In this document: piece by piece, positions 47,613 through 59,918 of the stretch
Layout: each line of letters starts with the position of its first letter
Numbering within the stretch: the first letter of the stretch is position 1
Source of the DNA: Botryllus schlosseri
Lineage: Eukaryota
DNA length: 64,000 nt
Direction of reading: 5' to 3'
Assembly (NCBI GenBank): GCA_051294905.1
Contig: CM119373.1
Span: 12,152,001 to 12,216,000, forward strand
The notes under the pieces: model-generated
What the model was told of the DNA's origin: nothing
Databases searched by the model: none
The model's input: only the letters and a program-made list of their open reading frames with translations
Program-made: the position numbers and the translations under genes

Positions 47613-49283
47613 TCAAACCCATGTCTGAGTATTCCTCATTGTTATTGAAGTGGTGCGTCTTCGACCTTGCCATGCAAGATGATTTTCCTCTAACTCCTCT
47701 TTAATGGCATCGAACTCATTTGGATACTTCCATTTCAGAAAGGAAAATAGCGTATATTCATGTTCTCCGGTAAAGACTTTCAAATCTGTCAGCCGTTGGT
47801 CTCTGATCAAAAATTTACCAGCCACGAACATCACATCGCGCCAGTAAAGTTCCCGACTGATGAATGCGTAGTATAAAATAGAGCGACCACTTGAATCAAG
47901 GATACTTTGTAAGTTGAGTATTGAGTTGGGAAATTGGACAATCCGTTTTGTTGGAACGACGCCTTGATTCAAGTCTGAATTCTCAAGGAAATCAACTAGC
48001 GTTTTCCAATTACGTTTTGCTTTTAATTGTTTCACAAATACATCTGCATGGTCATAGTTTAAAGAGTAATCCGTTGATTTGAACACACTTCGGTAGTCAT
48101 CCGAGGAAAATTTCTTGTATAACTCTTCTTTTTGCTTAATATCAGTGACCAACGCGCTAATGACAGTGCCCGTTCTTCCAAACATATGACGCCACATTTC
48201 GATTACCTGGAAATCTTTACGCCCCAACGCCTCACTAACTTTACTTTGAAGCTTCTTCTTATAGCCATCCGAATATAAGTTATTTAGAACACGTTCAATG
48301 AACTGGTGTTCACGAGGACGCGCACTCTTGAGGAATGAAAGCAAAATAATCGTTACTTTATTTTGATTTGCTGGCTCCATTTTTAACGACGCAACAATCA
48401 CCTTTACTACACCATAAATCAATGTAGCCAATTGCACAACAAATGACAAGTGATGCGTTACTAGAACTGCTGAGAGCGAGTAAGAATATGATGTTGGCGT
48501 TGCTTCACATCTATAATATTCGAGTCGCGTACCATTTCCGTCGACTACCGTCAAGTTACAATCGAAAAAGGATAATGGCGGCCAAATGGTCGGTATCAGG
48601 TGTAATCGAAGAGCCAACACAAGATGGATTAATATAACAATACCCCGGTAAGTACAGCACATAACATAGGAGACAAGTAGGTCCGTCGTCGGTAAGCTCA
48701 AGGTCAATTTTAAACATGCTTCGCGCACGTTGCTCTGGGGTTCAGAGCAATTTGTATCCAAAATATTCATAACAAACACGTCGTGGTGTAGCTCACTTTC
48801 CTCATACGCAGTGTACAGCGTCTCGGTTGCACTATCAAACGCTGATGCAGCATTCTTGAGAGACTTCATTCTTGTCCATGATACCCAAGTAACAAACTCG
48901 ATGATTGCGCAGATGAGAAGCATCGAAATCTTATCGAATATAATAGCGGTCGTGTTCAAACATTGATTTGTCACGTGTTCCAAATAGTCATCAGTATGAT
49001 CTGCTTCTCTATCGGAGCTGCAAGTCAGATCGTGTTTCATGCTTTCTAATCGCCAGAAAATCAAGGCGCAAACAGAGTTAACAACGAGCGAGACCACTCT
49101 TACTTTTTCCCAGGTAGGCCGGAGCCGTGATTGGCTCAAAAGATTACTATATATGATGTCATCTGCGCCGAAAGGTGGCATCGCCTTCGTAAAATTTGGA
49201 TACACTTGCTGATTAAGGCAGAAATATATCACTATAGCATAGTCTGTGTACGACATGGGAATAGAATGTAGACATGATAGCAT
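47613..49283 (-). CDS. LRRC8/pannexin-like large-pore channel protein with a non-LRR C-terminus (single coding exon; likely start ATG 49181, MPPFG...)
   Basis: Open 556 codons. Four hydrophobic segments; two Cys in each extracellular loop (DLTC..NQC; FDC..YRC); SRLRPTWEKV resembles LRRC8 RILKPWWDVF; a post-TM4 NQNKVTIILLSFL segment; no LxxLxLxxN repeats. A possible acceptor (TTTCTGCCTTAATCAG) lies just upstream of ATG 49181. Confidence 0.8.
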   Translation of the reverse strand: MLSCLHSIPMSYTDYAIVIYFCLNQQVYPNFTKAMPPFGADDIIYSNLLSQSRLRPTWEKVRVVSLVVNSVCALIFWRLESMKHDLTCSSDREADHTDDYLEHVTNQCLNTTAIIFDKISMLLICAIIEFVTWVSWTRMKSLKNAASAFDSATETLYTAYEESELHHDVFVMNILDTNCSEPQSNVREACLKLTLSLPTTDLLVSYVMCCTYRGIVILIHLVLALRLHLIPTIWPPLSFFDCNLTVVDGNGTRLEYYRCEATPTSYSYSLSAVLVTHHLSFVVQLATLIYGVVKVIVASLKMEPANQNKVTIILLSFLKSARPREHQFIERVLNNLYSDGYKKKLQSKVSEALGRKDFQVIEMWRHMFGRTGTVISALVTDIKQKEELYKKFSSDDYRSVFKSTDYSLNYDHADVFVKQLKAKRNWKTLVDFLENSDLNQGVVPTKRIVQFPNSILNLQSILDSSGRSILYYAFISRELYWRDVMFVAGKFLIRDQRLTDLKVFTGEHEYTLFSFLKWKYPNEFDAIKEELEENHLAWQGRRRTTSITMRNTQTWV

Positions 49284-49362
49284 GGGCCTTAGATGCTATA
49301 CATTCAAAATAAGAGCATGAATTATTACAAACGACAGTAAGCTACGTCCGTTTCATGTAACA

Positions 49363-50085
49363 CAGGGCTGGCCAACCTTTTCGGCCAAAGGGCCACATTC
49401 GATTGACGAACTTTTGCGCGAGCCACTATCCGCGCGAAGCGCGAAAATTTTTGAAGTTCATAGGTCAATAATATTGTCACTTGACTATATTGCGGGCCTG
49501 CTGTATATCGCTGGGCTAAGTTTGCGAGGACTGGGCTATTCGGCGCATGGACATATCGATATTGAAAGCTGTGACCAACATGCGTCAATCATTTCGTGCT
49601 TAGGTTTCACGGTGAACGGTCTTACTGCGAGCGCAAACGCAATGTCGCATATGTTGAACCACACTCTGTCTCGTAATCGCGAATACAGTTACACTCAATC
49701 TGATACATTAGGTGTTCTTCCATTTTCACAAAAAGGCAACAATATTAAAAACAAGAAATCGAGTGACAACATATTGCGCTAAGCTTGTAGAAAATTTTTA
49801 CCTTTGATAAATCTATCGCAAATTATTCTGCTTTATTGTAGTGCACGAAGATGTACCAATATGTGAATGGCTGATGAATCTGTCAATGCGTCGGAACTGA
49901 TATTTTAGTCATCACATCTTAAGTATTGCGGCCAGACTAATCAAATTTTTGGTTGGCCTTGCAAGCTCAAAATCTGTGCAATCCATTTTTGATGATATTA
50001 GAAATTTCGGAAATTACCTCGCGGGCCACTCAAAACCTTCTCGCGGGCCACATGTGGCCCGCGGGCCACTGGTTGGCCGGCCCTG
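49363..50085. mobile_element. hAT-type MITE immediately upstream of the channel ORF
   Basis: TIR CAGGGCTGGCCAACC/GGTTGGCCGGCCCTG; perfect TSD ATGTAACA (49355-49362, 50086-50093). Confidence 0.9.
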
Positions 50086-50207
50086 ATGTAACAGGTAAAA
50101 TCAATATGGAATACATGTTTGTCACTCGAATGTTCTCGAACTCTCAAACACTCGAATGTTATTGTTGAGTGTCCCAAAACATATATCAATTGCATAATAA
50201 TTAGGCG

Positions 50208-50602
50208 TAGGGTTGCATTTGAAACAAAAATCTATTTAAAACAAACATGTTTAAAACAAAGCCCTTGTTTCAAACATGTTTCTTATTTTTTTATTTATTA
50301 AAGCCTTGACGTCACGAATACTAAATTGTGACGTCATAGTGGTTTGATATTGACAATTGAAAATATAGGGTATATATTGCTCCTTTGACGAAATATCTAT
50401 GCACTATGTCTATAGCTGTTGAACCGACTATTTTGAGCGTTCCAACCATCCCATATCGTATATGTCGGCTATATCGGGTGGTAATCGTCCGTAGGCTCAT
50501 ACAACATGTTTTTTTTTTTAAGTATTTAGACAATTATGGCATAATTATACAACTTGAAAAAATAAAAATTTTAAACAACCATTTGTTTTAAATGCAACCC
50601 TA
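50208..50602. mobile_element. MITE family H, second copy
   Basis: TAGGGTTGCATTT/AAATGCAACCCTA ends; interior colinear with 13974-14369. Confidence 0.8.
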
Positions 50603-51249
50603 GTTAAGGGATTTGCACATTATCATGGTTATGCAAAAATTGTCAGTACCAAATTACCTATAAATTTTCTGGTTCAATTGTAGGTCATTTTTTGCTTTCT
50701 TACATTGCTCATGTGAGACGTGAATCAGAATTGGGTTTCAGGTATTACATGAAACCTGTTTTAAACATTTCAGGTGTTAATCATGCCCAGCACACTGTAG
50801 CCTAGTACTCAAACCGAGTCTGTGGAATCATTTGTAGCTATAGGTATTTCAACTAACGTCCTCCAAAGTTGCTCTGACTTTGATCAAAGATCATCATTCT
50901 GAAAGTAAACCCCGTGCGCGCAGAATAGCTTGTAGATTAAGTATAGTCAGCATGAGTCTGTAAGTAATTGGTTCACACCGGGCTATTCTTACGGTGACGT
51001 TTTATTTTGACCGGTATTTAGCTATATGATCTGTACTAACACGATGTAACGACAGTGAAAATTATAACGAAAACTTCAATATAACTGCGGCTACGATGGT
51101 CCAGAAACGTGCAAAATTTCTTACTGACCAAAATTCGAAAACTGATTTTCTTGAATCGCAAGTTAAATACTGACGTATCGTGAGTCGTGACATTAGTAAC
51201 ATTATATCTGTCTCGGGGGTTTATCAGCGTGAATGATTGAGTCATGCTC

Positions 51250-54200
51250 TACTTAACCTCATCGGACGGGAGAAAGCGACAAGGCCACTTTTTAGTCTTT
51301 TCAGTGATCTATGTCGTACAGTTAGCAAAGCGCATCGCCTACAACAGCACAGCAGGAAACCCAGCCGACCGAAACCAAACCAGCTGAAAATCCAGCTCAA
51401 ACCGACACTATCGTTAAAGAAAATAAACAGAGAACAGGATAGACCATCATGAAATCACCGAAGCCGACACGCAACAACAACGCAACTAAAAGGTATCTCG
51501 AAAAGCACGAGTATGACGAAATAAAATCGCCGACCAGAAAAGCTGTAAACCTGTCAACCGAACCGATGATAACAAACACAGTTCCGAAATCGTACCTTAA
51601 ATAATAACGATGGATCGACTGTCAAAAATTACGGTAAACGTTATAACATACTAAATAGCAACACGAAAAGAACTCTAGTTTTTGACTACCTTAAGAAATC
51701 CAATGCGGATATATGCTTTCTACAAGAAACACATACCACACTGGAAACATAATCCATATTGCAAAACGAATGGAATGGCACGTCTTTTTGGAACTCATAC
51801 GACAAAACTCTGCAGGTACAGCTATATTGATTACCGCGAAAAGACGTGACATAAGAATAAAGGGATCTCATAAGGATCCAGAAGGTAGAATTATCAACGC
51901 TGACACTAAAATAGGGAACGTTAACCTACAGCTAACGAACATATACGCACACACTGACGGCGCAAAGAAAAGACCCCAATTTTATAGAATGGCCAAAAGC
52001 ACCTTTAAAGCAGCTAACAAGATTGTCGCTGGCGACTTCAACTCTGTTGAACAACCACAGTTGGACAGGGTCAATACGGTCCCGTTCAAAGATAAGAAAG
52101 ATACAGAGGCCTTGAAAGAAAGTCTGAAAATAACTGGTGTGGAAGATGCCTTTCGAACCCTGTATCCAACTAAAAAGGAATATACGTACAAGTACGGCGG
52201 TGGTGAATCACGACTTGACCGAATATATGTGTCTGAATCTATTGCTATAAAATCATGCGAGCACAGATCGTGCCCGTACTCTGACCACGATGCGGTTCTC
52301 TTGAAAGCAACTATACAAAAACGGGAAATTGGAGAAAAGATTTGGAATAACAATACAATGATCTATGAAGAGGAATCCTTTCATGATGGATTTGCATCAA
52401 AATGGAACAAATGGCAAACTCTTCACCCCATTTTATACCGTACGAAAACAGAGTGGTGGATAGCTATCAAAGACAAAATTAATACTTTAGAAATCAAACA
52501 GGCAAATAGATTAGGAAAAGAAAAGGCGACGAAACTTGATACAGAAATGAAAAATATTGACGAAATGCGAAAACAGATCGACGAAGGGAAAGACCTCGTG
52601 GAGGAATATCGTCGTGTTAAAAAGAAAATTTGGAACTTGGAAGCGGATAGCCTTCAAAAATTACAAATCCAAGCCAACATCGAAAACGAAAATAGCCTGG
52701 ACAAGATTCCGTCAATGCTCTTTGACAAAATTAGAGAAAGAAGAGAGCCCGCATATATAGACGAACTTGTGGATACTAATACATCTGATCACGCCGCGAA
52801 ACAAACAATAGCAGCAAACTTCTACCGAAACCTGTTCAACAAAAGATCGATCGATAAGCAATGCTCTGAGGACTTCCTCGCCAACATCAATGGAGCTTTA
52901 TCAGATAATCAGGTTAGTGAACTTGATTCGGAAATTACCATGACAGAGGTTCGAACGGCCGTTTTCAGCCAGCATAACTGTGTCGTACGCCTGGCGCAGA
53001 CGGGATTAGTGCTGAATTTTAGCAATCGAGCTGGGATATAATCAAACACGACCTGGTGGATATATTTAACGAACTTTATGGTGCAAATGAGATCAATCGA
53101 GAAATTCTCGAAGGCGTCGTTAAAGTAATTCACAAATCTGGGGATGGATCTGATTTGAAAAATTATCGGCCAATCACATTATTGAATGTGGATTATATAA
53201 TCTTAAGTAAAATCATCACTCGCCGTATCCAAAATTTCCTTCCTGAAATCTCCCATGGACGCCAATATGTCAAACCGCCGAACAAAAGAACAGATTTGAA
53301 TGTCATGCTCAGAGAAATTGCCGAAAATATGAAAGAGAGAAAGGAAGGAAGGCGCAATAGTATCGGTTGACTTCAAGAAAGCGTACGATTCATTATCGCA
53401 TGATTTCATGTTAAGTGTTTTAACGAAAATGGGATTTGGTGTGAAAGCCCTGGCCTACATAGAAAACGTATACAAAAACAGCACGGCGAAAATATTTATT
53501 AATGGCCGAATCGGAGACACGGTAGAGATTGGCAGGGGAATCAAGCAAGGTGATCCCATTTCCATGTTATTATTCACGTTAACTACAGAACCTCTTCTCC
53601 AGATGTTAAATAAGAAAGTCCCTGGCTATAAACTGCCTGGAATGAGGAAATGAATTCTAACGCCAGCCTATGCCGACGATATCACGCTGACAATACCACG
53701 CAGAGCAGACGCGGAGTCGTGTATTGCTATAATTAGGAAATTCACGCTGGCAAGCAACTTGGACATGAACGAATTAAAGACAAAAGGAATACAATTCGGA
53801 ACAGACAGACGGCAGAGCACTATTCTCCACGTTGAAATGGGTTGACAAAATAAACGTCATGGGAGTATCGATAAGGAAAGCGAGAAACATACAGCAATGG
53901 CGAAAGATCTACGAAGACGCGGCAAAAATATGCAGCAAAATGAGAGATCTGAAATTAAGAATCGACGAAAAGGTAATTGTGTTCCGAACAAAAATATTCC
54001 CTAAATTTTTGTATCTAGGTATGATCCGATGCCACGCGAGACAAGAAGTAAACCGAAGAAACAAATCATGACGACGCTTTTCGATAACTACGCCACAGTT
54101 GAATATGACACGATCATCAAGAACAAGATCGCATGCGGTCTTGGTCTCTTAGACATCCCAACTAAGCTCGACCTCCAGTTCATAAAACCGGCGATCAAGT

Positions 54201-55200
54201 TCTTGAAAAAATCAGAGAGCGACTACAACGAATGGACAAGAAGGGTAGACCAACAAATTGCAATAACCTTTTCAAAGTTTTTGAATTACAGACTGAACAA
54301 CGCGAGACCGCACGCCTTCGAACCGCTGCAACATTGGAAATCGATGCTGCAAGTCATAGAAAATTACCAAATAACGAATGAAGAAATACAAAAAGAAAGT
54401 ATAAGAGAAATTTACAAGAAGATAATCGCTCGCAGAAGAAGCCAAGATCCAGTACCCGTTTGGGTTAATTGGAAGAATGTAAACAGCAATACGCTAAGAC
54501 CCGTAGAACGAAACTTCAATTGGGAAGTTGGGCACAACACCCTGTACACAAAACACAGGATGTACGAAAGACTTGGTGCGCACAGCACAGAGTGTGAATT
54601 CTACAATACGGGCATTGAAAACATCAGACACCTCTTTGTCAGATGCCAAGTCACCAAAGCAATTATATCCCGACCACTGCAAGCATGGGATAAAGCGGCA
54701 AATGAATCTGCAACGCAGCCTTCAGAAAAGCTAATCGTTGGTCTGAATCAGCCTGGCAGCCAGAAAGAAGATGCACTGCTTCAAATAATTACAATCTTCA
54801 AGCAAGCGGTATGGAGAATGCGAAACAGACGCGTGTACGAATCAGTCCAGCCGAGTGTCCTCTGGTTGAAAAAGTCCATCAGTCTACGAATACAGAACAA
54901 AATCAATCAACAGAGAGATATACTCGGGCCGATCACAACAGAAACACTGGCGCAAATAAAACGAGATATTCGAGAACGAACCTAACTACTACTACACTCC
55001 GATGACAACTCGACGACAGCAGCAATAACATCGTACTAAAATTTAACGCATTTATTCTGATATATTTTTAGTTTTGAACCGTAATTTTCATGAAATTCTA
55101 ACAAACGAAAGATGATTTTCGCATCGCCTTCCGTCGAACATCGCATTAATGTAATATCTTTCGTTACAGTAATTACCCGCGTATTTTTCAACGATACGTT
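51250..55200 (+). mobile_element. Degenerate L1-clade (Tx1-like) non-LTR retrotransposon
   Basis: ORF1-like tail to ~51600, ORF2 from 51610 to 54985, then an AT-rich 3' region. Ends are approximate. Confidence 0.85.
51610..54985 (+). pseudogene. L1/Tx1 ORF2 (APE endonuclease-RT-Zn finger), multiply frameshifted
   Basis: FDYLKKSNADICFLQETH, VAGDFNSV, SRLDRIYV, SDHDAV (APE); KNYRPITLLNVDY, DFKKAYDS, GIKQGDPIS, AYADD (RT); C..ENIRHLFVRC (zf-RVT); spread over at least six frame segments. Confidence 0.92.
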
Positions 55201-55424
55201 ATAGACCAGTTAGTAAATCATTACTCGCAATACAAGCTACTTGAACCCACTGCTGTGTCTGGACTTTAACGGTCAGTTATAAATCGGTCTCTCGCAGCAG
55301 ATATTCCAGTCCACAGTTCCGTCGAGAACTGATCCTGCGGTACATAAGAGGTAAAATACGAGTGGCGACCGATTTCGATATGGAGACAACACTGCCAGCA
55401 GCCGAAGCAGTGTCGCTCCCTGCT

Positions 55425-55650
55425 CAGCCAGCAGCAAGTCAACACGGATTCGACACTGTGAGCAGCCGAAGCAGAAGTGCTCACTGCTCAGCCAGCAGCA
55501 CTTCAAAACATCACTGCCAGCAACCGAAGCACAGGTGCCCAGCCAGTAGCTAGTCAACACGGATTTGACACTGTCAGCAGTCAAAGCAGAGGTGCTCAGC
55601 CAGCAGCTAGTCAACACGGATTTGACACTGTCAATAGCCAGCAACATGCT
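55425..55650 (+). repeat. 57-bp (19-codon) tandem repeat within an eroded ORF
   Basis: Units start at 55425, 55489, 55540 and 55597 (periods 64, 51, 57) and translate as QPAASQHGFDTVSSQSRGA. Confidence 0.85.
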
Positions 55651-58600
55651 GAACTCACGAAGTCCTATACGAGAATACAGTGCCTCTAAAATGAGAGCTA
55701 AGCGTGATTTCTTCAACGCCATCAAGAACGCATAATCGCACACGCACGTCGCCAACCGCAAATGCGAACTAGTGACGAACTAATCCTTGAAGGATACCTT
55801 GAAAAGACTGATACAAATAGCACAAGCGTACAAAGCCACAATTCCAACCTATACCTCGAATATACAATAGGGCTGTTCAAAAATAACTTATTTTTCTGGA
55901 TTCCAGTCGTTCAGTTATCAAATTGTCAGGTTACCCTAAAAAACGCTGCACACCAAATTTGGTTCAATTCTAACAAGCATAGGGCTCCGCAGATCCAATT
56001 AAAATTTTTAATTTAAACAGGTAAATTTAAAAAAAAATCAAATTTTTCTGTCAACCCCATGAAACTGTTGAGCTGTCTTCCGAGACAATGTAAAACAAAT
56101 TTGACTCAATTCCAACTAGTAGAAGCGGAATTATTTGAGCTTTTCGTTGATAATCCTCGGATTATCCACCAATCCAGGATAATCCGAGAAATATCAACGA
56201 AAAACCCCAATAACTTTAGGAAAATTAAGTACTTGACGGGCCGGATTGCTGAATCGATACATTACTCGCCCATTTATCCACATATACAAGGAATATATCG
56301 TAATACATGAATGTATTTTAACGACAGCAATGTCACTTCAAAGCCATTTCTCGCCGATAGTGACGAATACAATGTGGATTTGAGAATATAGCATTGTCAT
56401 ACAGGCGCCGCCATGTCTGCTTCTATCTGATCAATCAACACACGGAGCAATCCTTAATTAGGATTCAAGGCGTTCGATATGCCCGGTACCCCAAATTTAC
56501 CAAGATATCAATTCATTAGGGTTGAGTAAGTGACGAGATATCGCTGTGTTCAACTGTGTGGCCTAGTTAATCTCGACATTGGATTCATGCGGCCCGCGTC
56601 CTCTACGAAATTTGAAAAGTATCCCGCAACCAATGTTCCCTCTAAACTGCGCACGTGCGCAAATGCGCAGTGCTTTCACGGTCTCTGTGCACAGAAAATG
56701 TAAGTTGCGCACAAAAAATCCGAAGTGATGACCTTTTTTTTAGTCATTACGCACTGTTTCCAAGGGTCTGCGCAGTGAGTTGGTGAGTGTGCGCAGACCC
56801 GTCAAAAATTAGATGGAACTTTGCCCTCAACCCGTTTTGAGTTGGCGACCCCTGGCATAAGCGGTGTCTTACAAAAGCCTAGAAGTGTGCCGTGCTTCAA
56901 GTCGGCGGTTACGGAAGCAAAAATAAGAAATACCAGCCATGATTACCACAAACGACATAAGGGTTGAGTACATCGCAAATGCCGATAACGCAAGTCTTCT
57001 CGCTTCGACGAACTTACGCGTAAGCTCCACTCTTACACGCTGCGCATACACGTATATAATAACATACAGTCACTAAAATTTGACGTAGTAAGCAAGTAGT
57101 GGGGAATCACGGCAGACTTGGGGCCGCGGGCCACATTATCATGTAAGACAGAAAACTGTCTGCGGGCCGGACAAAATCCCTTCGCGGGCCGGATGCGGCC
57201 CGCGGGCCGTATGTTGCCCGCCCCTGTTCTAAAATAAACCCTGCGCGCACAGCTTGACTGGCAGATTAAAAAGAGTCTGTATGGCACTGTATAGATTTGG
57301 TACACACCGATCCATTCTTATGGTGACGTTTTATTTTGAACTGAATTAAGCAGTATGATATGTACAGGTAACGCTGTAAAGACGATGGAAACTATAGCGA
57401 AAACTTCAATATATCTACAGCTACGATTGTCCGGAATCGTGCAGCGTTTCTTACTGACACAAATTCGAACCCTGGATTTCCTGACTGACAAGGTAAGCAC
57501 TGACCTATGGCAACATTAGTATTACCCTTTCTATATAGTTATTCTTGCTCATATCACGCCACAAATATACACGGTTCACGTTATACGGTTGAACTATTTC
57601 AATATCACAGAAGCAAATTGAAACGGCCCATGTGGCAATGTTTTGTCGCGGTTGGAAGATTTTGAAAAGACGATGACAACGCTACACTGATTCCCAAACT
57701 GTGTTCCACCGCAGATTCTAAGGTATGCCGTGAATCTTTTTGGTATTTGGAAACTAAATAGTTTGTTAACTGTATCAATGAATTAATTCACCAACAAGAA
57801 ATCCTTCCGCAAATCATAAGCATTTTCAGGAGTTCCACTCGAACTGCAACATAACTTCCCATAATCTTCCGTTAAAGACTTTAGATGGGTATAGGTAGGC
57901 CCAATTCATTCAGAAGCAATGAAGCAATCAATGTTTCTGCAGAATAAGAAGAACAGCTCGCTGATTTACGAAAGGACGCGTCTTCTAGAACGCTGTCTCC
58001 ATAAAAAAAAATTGTTGTATATTGACTATATGTTTCTATTTTCCTAATTCCATCGAACAAACGATGCTCGCCATCTCGCGGCAAAGTATTGATTGAAGTT
58101 AAGCGAAGTACTGATTTTTACGCTGTGAATTTTTGTTTTTGTTCACCTGGTTAGTAATGGTTGAGAACACAGAACAAGCCGCTTGAAACGTGGAATTTTT
58201 TCGAAGGTAATGAATGAATTTGGTGGGTATATATCGTTGTCGCAGAATACCATCTTCGCTATCGACCAATGATTATTTATGACGCATGAATGATGATATT
58301 GGCGTTGGCGCTTCGAACCTATCACTTCACATGGCGCACTGCATGATATCGGTCGCATATTATAGTTTTGCTTGAATCGTTTAGTTTAGGGGCGTATTAT
58401 TGTAGTTTGGGTTCTATTTGGCTTTCATGTTATTTATTTCGTATTATCTGTTTGTATTAAGAATTTGGATTGTGTTATAAATTATTTGGTCAGTTGTATA
58501 ATCGCTGGGAATTTGAATCATTAAAAACCGTACTTCACTCAAGAAGACGCGTGTTTGAGTTTCAATGGGAGCGAAGACAGCTGACAGTGCTACGTCGTGT

Positions 58601-59918
58601 ACCCAGATTAGGCCTGAAATTTCTGCGGTTACATATATAGCTTATATTAGTAGGCCACTTATATACCCTATGTAAATAAATATTAACAATGTTGATAATA
58701 TTAAAATTGCTATGGTGTAGGCCTATTTCACTGGTGTAAGTTTGTCAAGGTCACGATTCAATCACCGGTTACAATTGCTTACTTTGAATGCCTGTGGTTG
58801 GGTCATGTTCTTCGCAATACATCAAACTTCAAGGTAATAACGCATGTTTAGCATCAATGCTAGGCAAATCGAACTCAATTTCATACCAAGTAATATGATG
58901 CTTCCCACCATACTAATTTATAGAACACACATACAAACCATCAATAAACCGATGACTTATGCAAAATGTGAACAGACTTCCTCTGTAGCCCGGGTTGTAA
59001 CCAAGTCACATGACTCCGAGTCACAAGTCAATCTCACTTTTATGGTTTTGACTCGAATCAAGTCGAGTCATTTTCACTTCACCTCCGAGTCAAGTCCGAG
59101 TCCAAGTCATCGAGCAGAGGGTCGAGTCCCAGTCATGGTATTATGACTCGAGTCCGAGTCCAAGTAATGGCGTTGACCGCTCAGTTTCCATTAAAGTCTT
59201 GTTAAACTCACTTTTTATAACTCTGTTTGGTGATATCGAATACTTCGCATTTATAATATACTAATTTCCCTCACTTTTAGCAGTTTCTGGTCGCATTTTC
59301 AAGTATCAGTACCAATAGACAAAATCGCAAGAGTGTGGTTACTTTATTTCTCTGCGAAATTACAATGAAATGTTGGTTCTGGCAGTCTGAGTCTCGAGTC
59401 ATATGACTTGGTTCGAGTCATCCAGAATGACTCGAGTTCAAGTCGAGCCAATACATGGATTGACTCGAGACGAGTCGAGTCATTTCCGTATTTTGAGAAA
59501 AGGACTCGAGTCAAGTCGAGTCATCAGAAAATCGTAATTGATCATTATGACGCGCGCCCGGGCTCTCTCTCACATCTGTATATCACAGAGGCGGGCAACA
59601 TACGGCCCGCGGGCCGGATCCGGCCCGCCAAGGCATTTTGTCCGGCCCGCGAACAGTTTTTCGTCTTACATGATAATGTGGGCCGCCGGCCCCAGTCTTC
59701 CGAGATTCCCCACTACGTGCTTATATACATCAAATTTTAGTGACTGTATGTTATTATATACATTATACATGTATGTGCACTGTGCAGCGAGCTAGGGTGG
59801 AGCTTACGCGTAAGTTCGTCTAAGCGAGAAGACTTGCATTATCATCATTTACGATGTACTGAACCCTATAATGTAATTTGTGGTAATCATGGTGTCTGTC
59901 GACGACAATGGTCATTTA

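Noticed and set aside
55273-55761. 162-aa minus-strand ORF
   Set aside because: It is the antisense reading of the 57-bp repeat region; the codon pattern favours the plus strand.
56140-56206. Strong hairpin as a terminator or ncRNA
   Set aside because: It is an internal palindrome of a MITE-like repeat in eukaryotic DNA, with no supporting gene context.
50970-57500. ~200-bp direct repeats at ~50970 and ~57300 as LTRs flanking the L1 region
   Set aside because: Too diverged, no TG..CA ends, PBS, PPT or TSD, and the interior is a non-LTR element; more likely two copies of a dispersed repeat.
57720-58090. Second P-transposase remnant (FIDTVNKLF-like)
   Set aside because: Only a short resemblance among multiple stops; could be chance.
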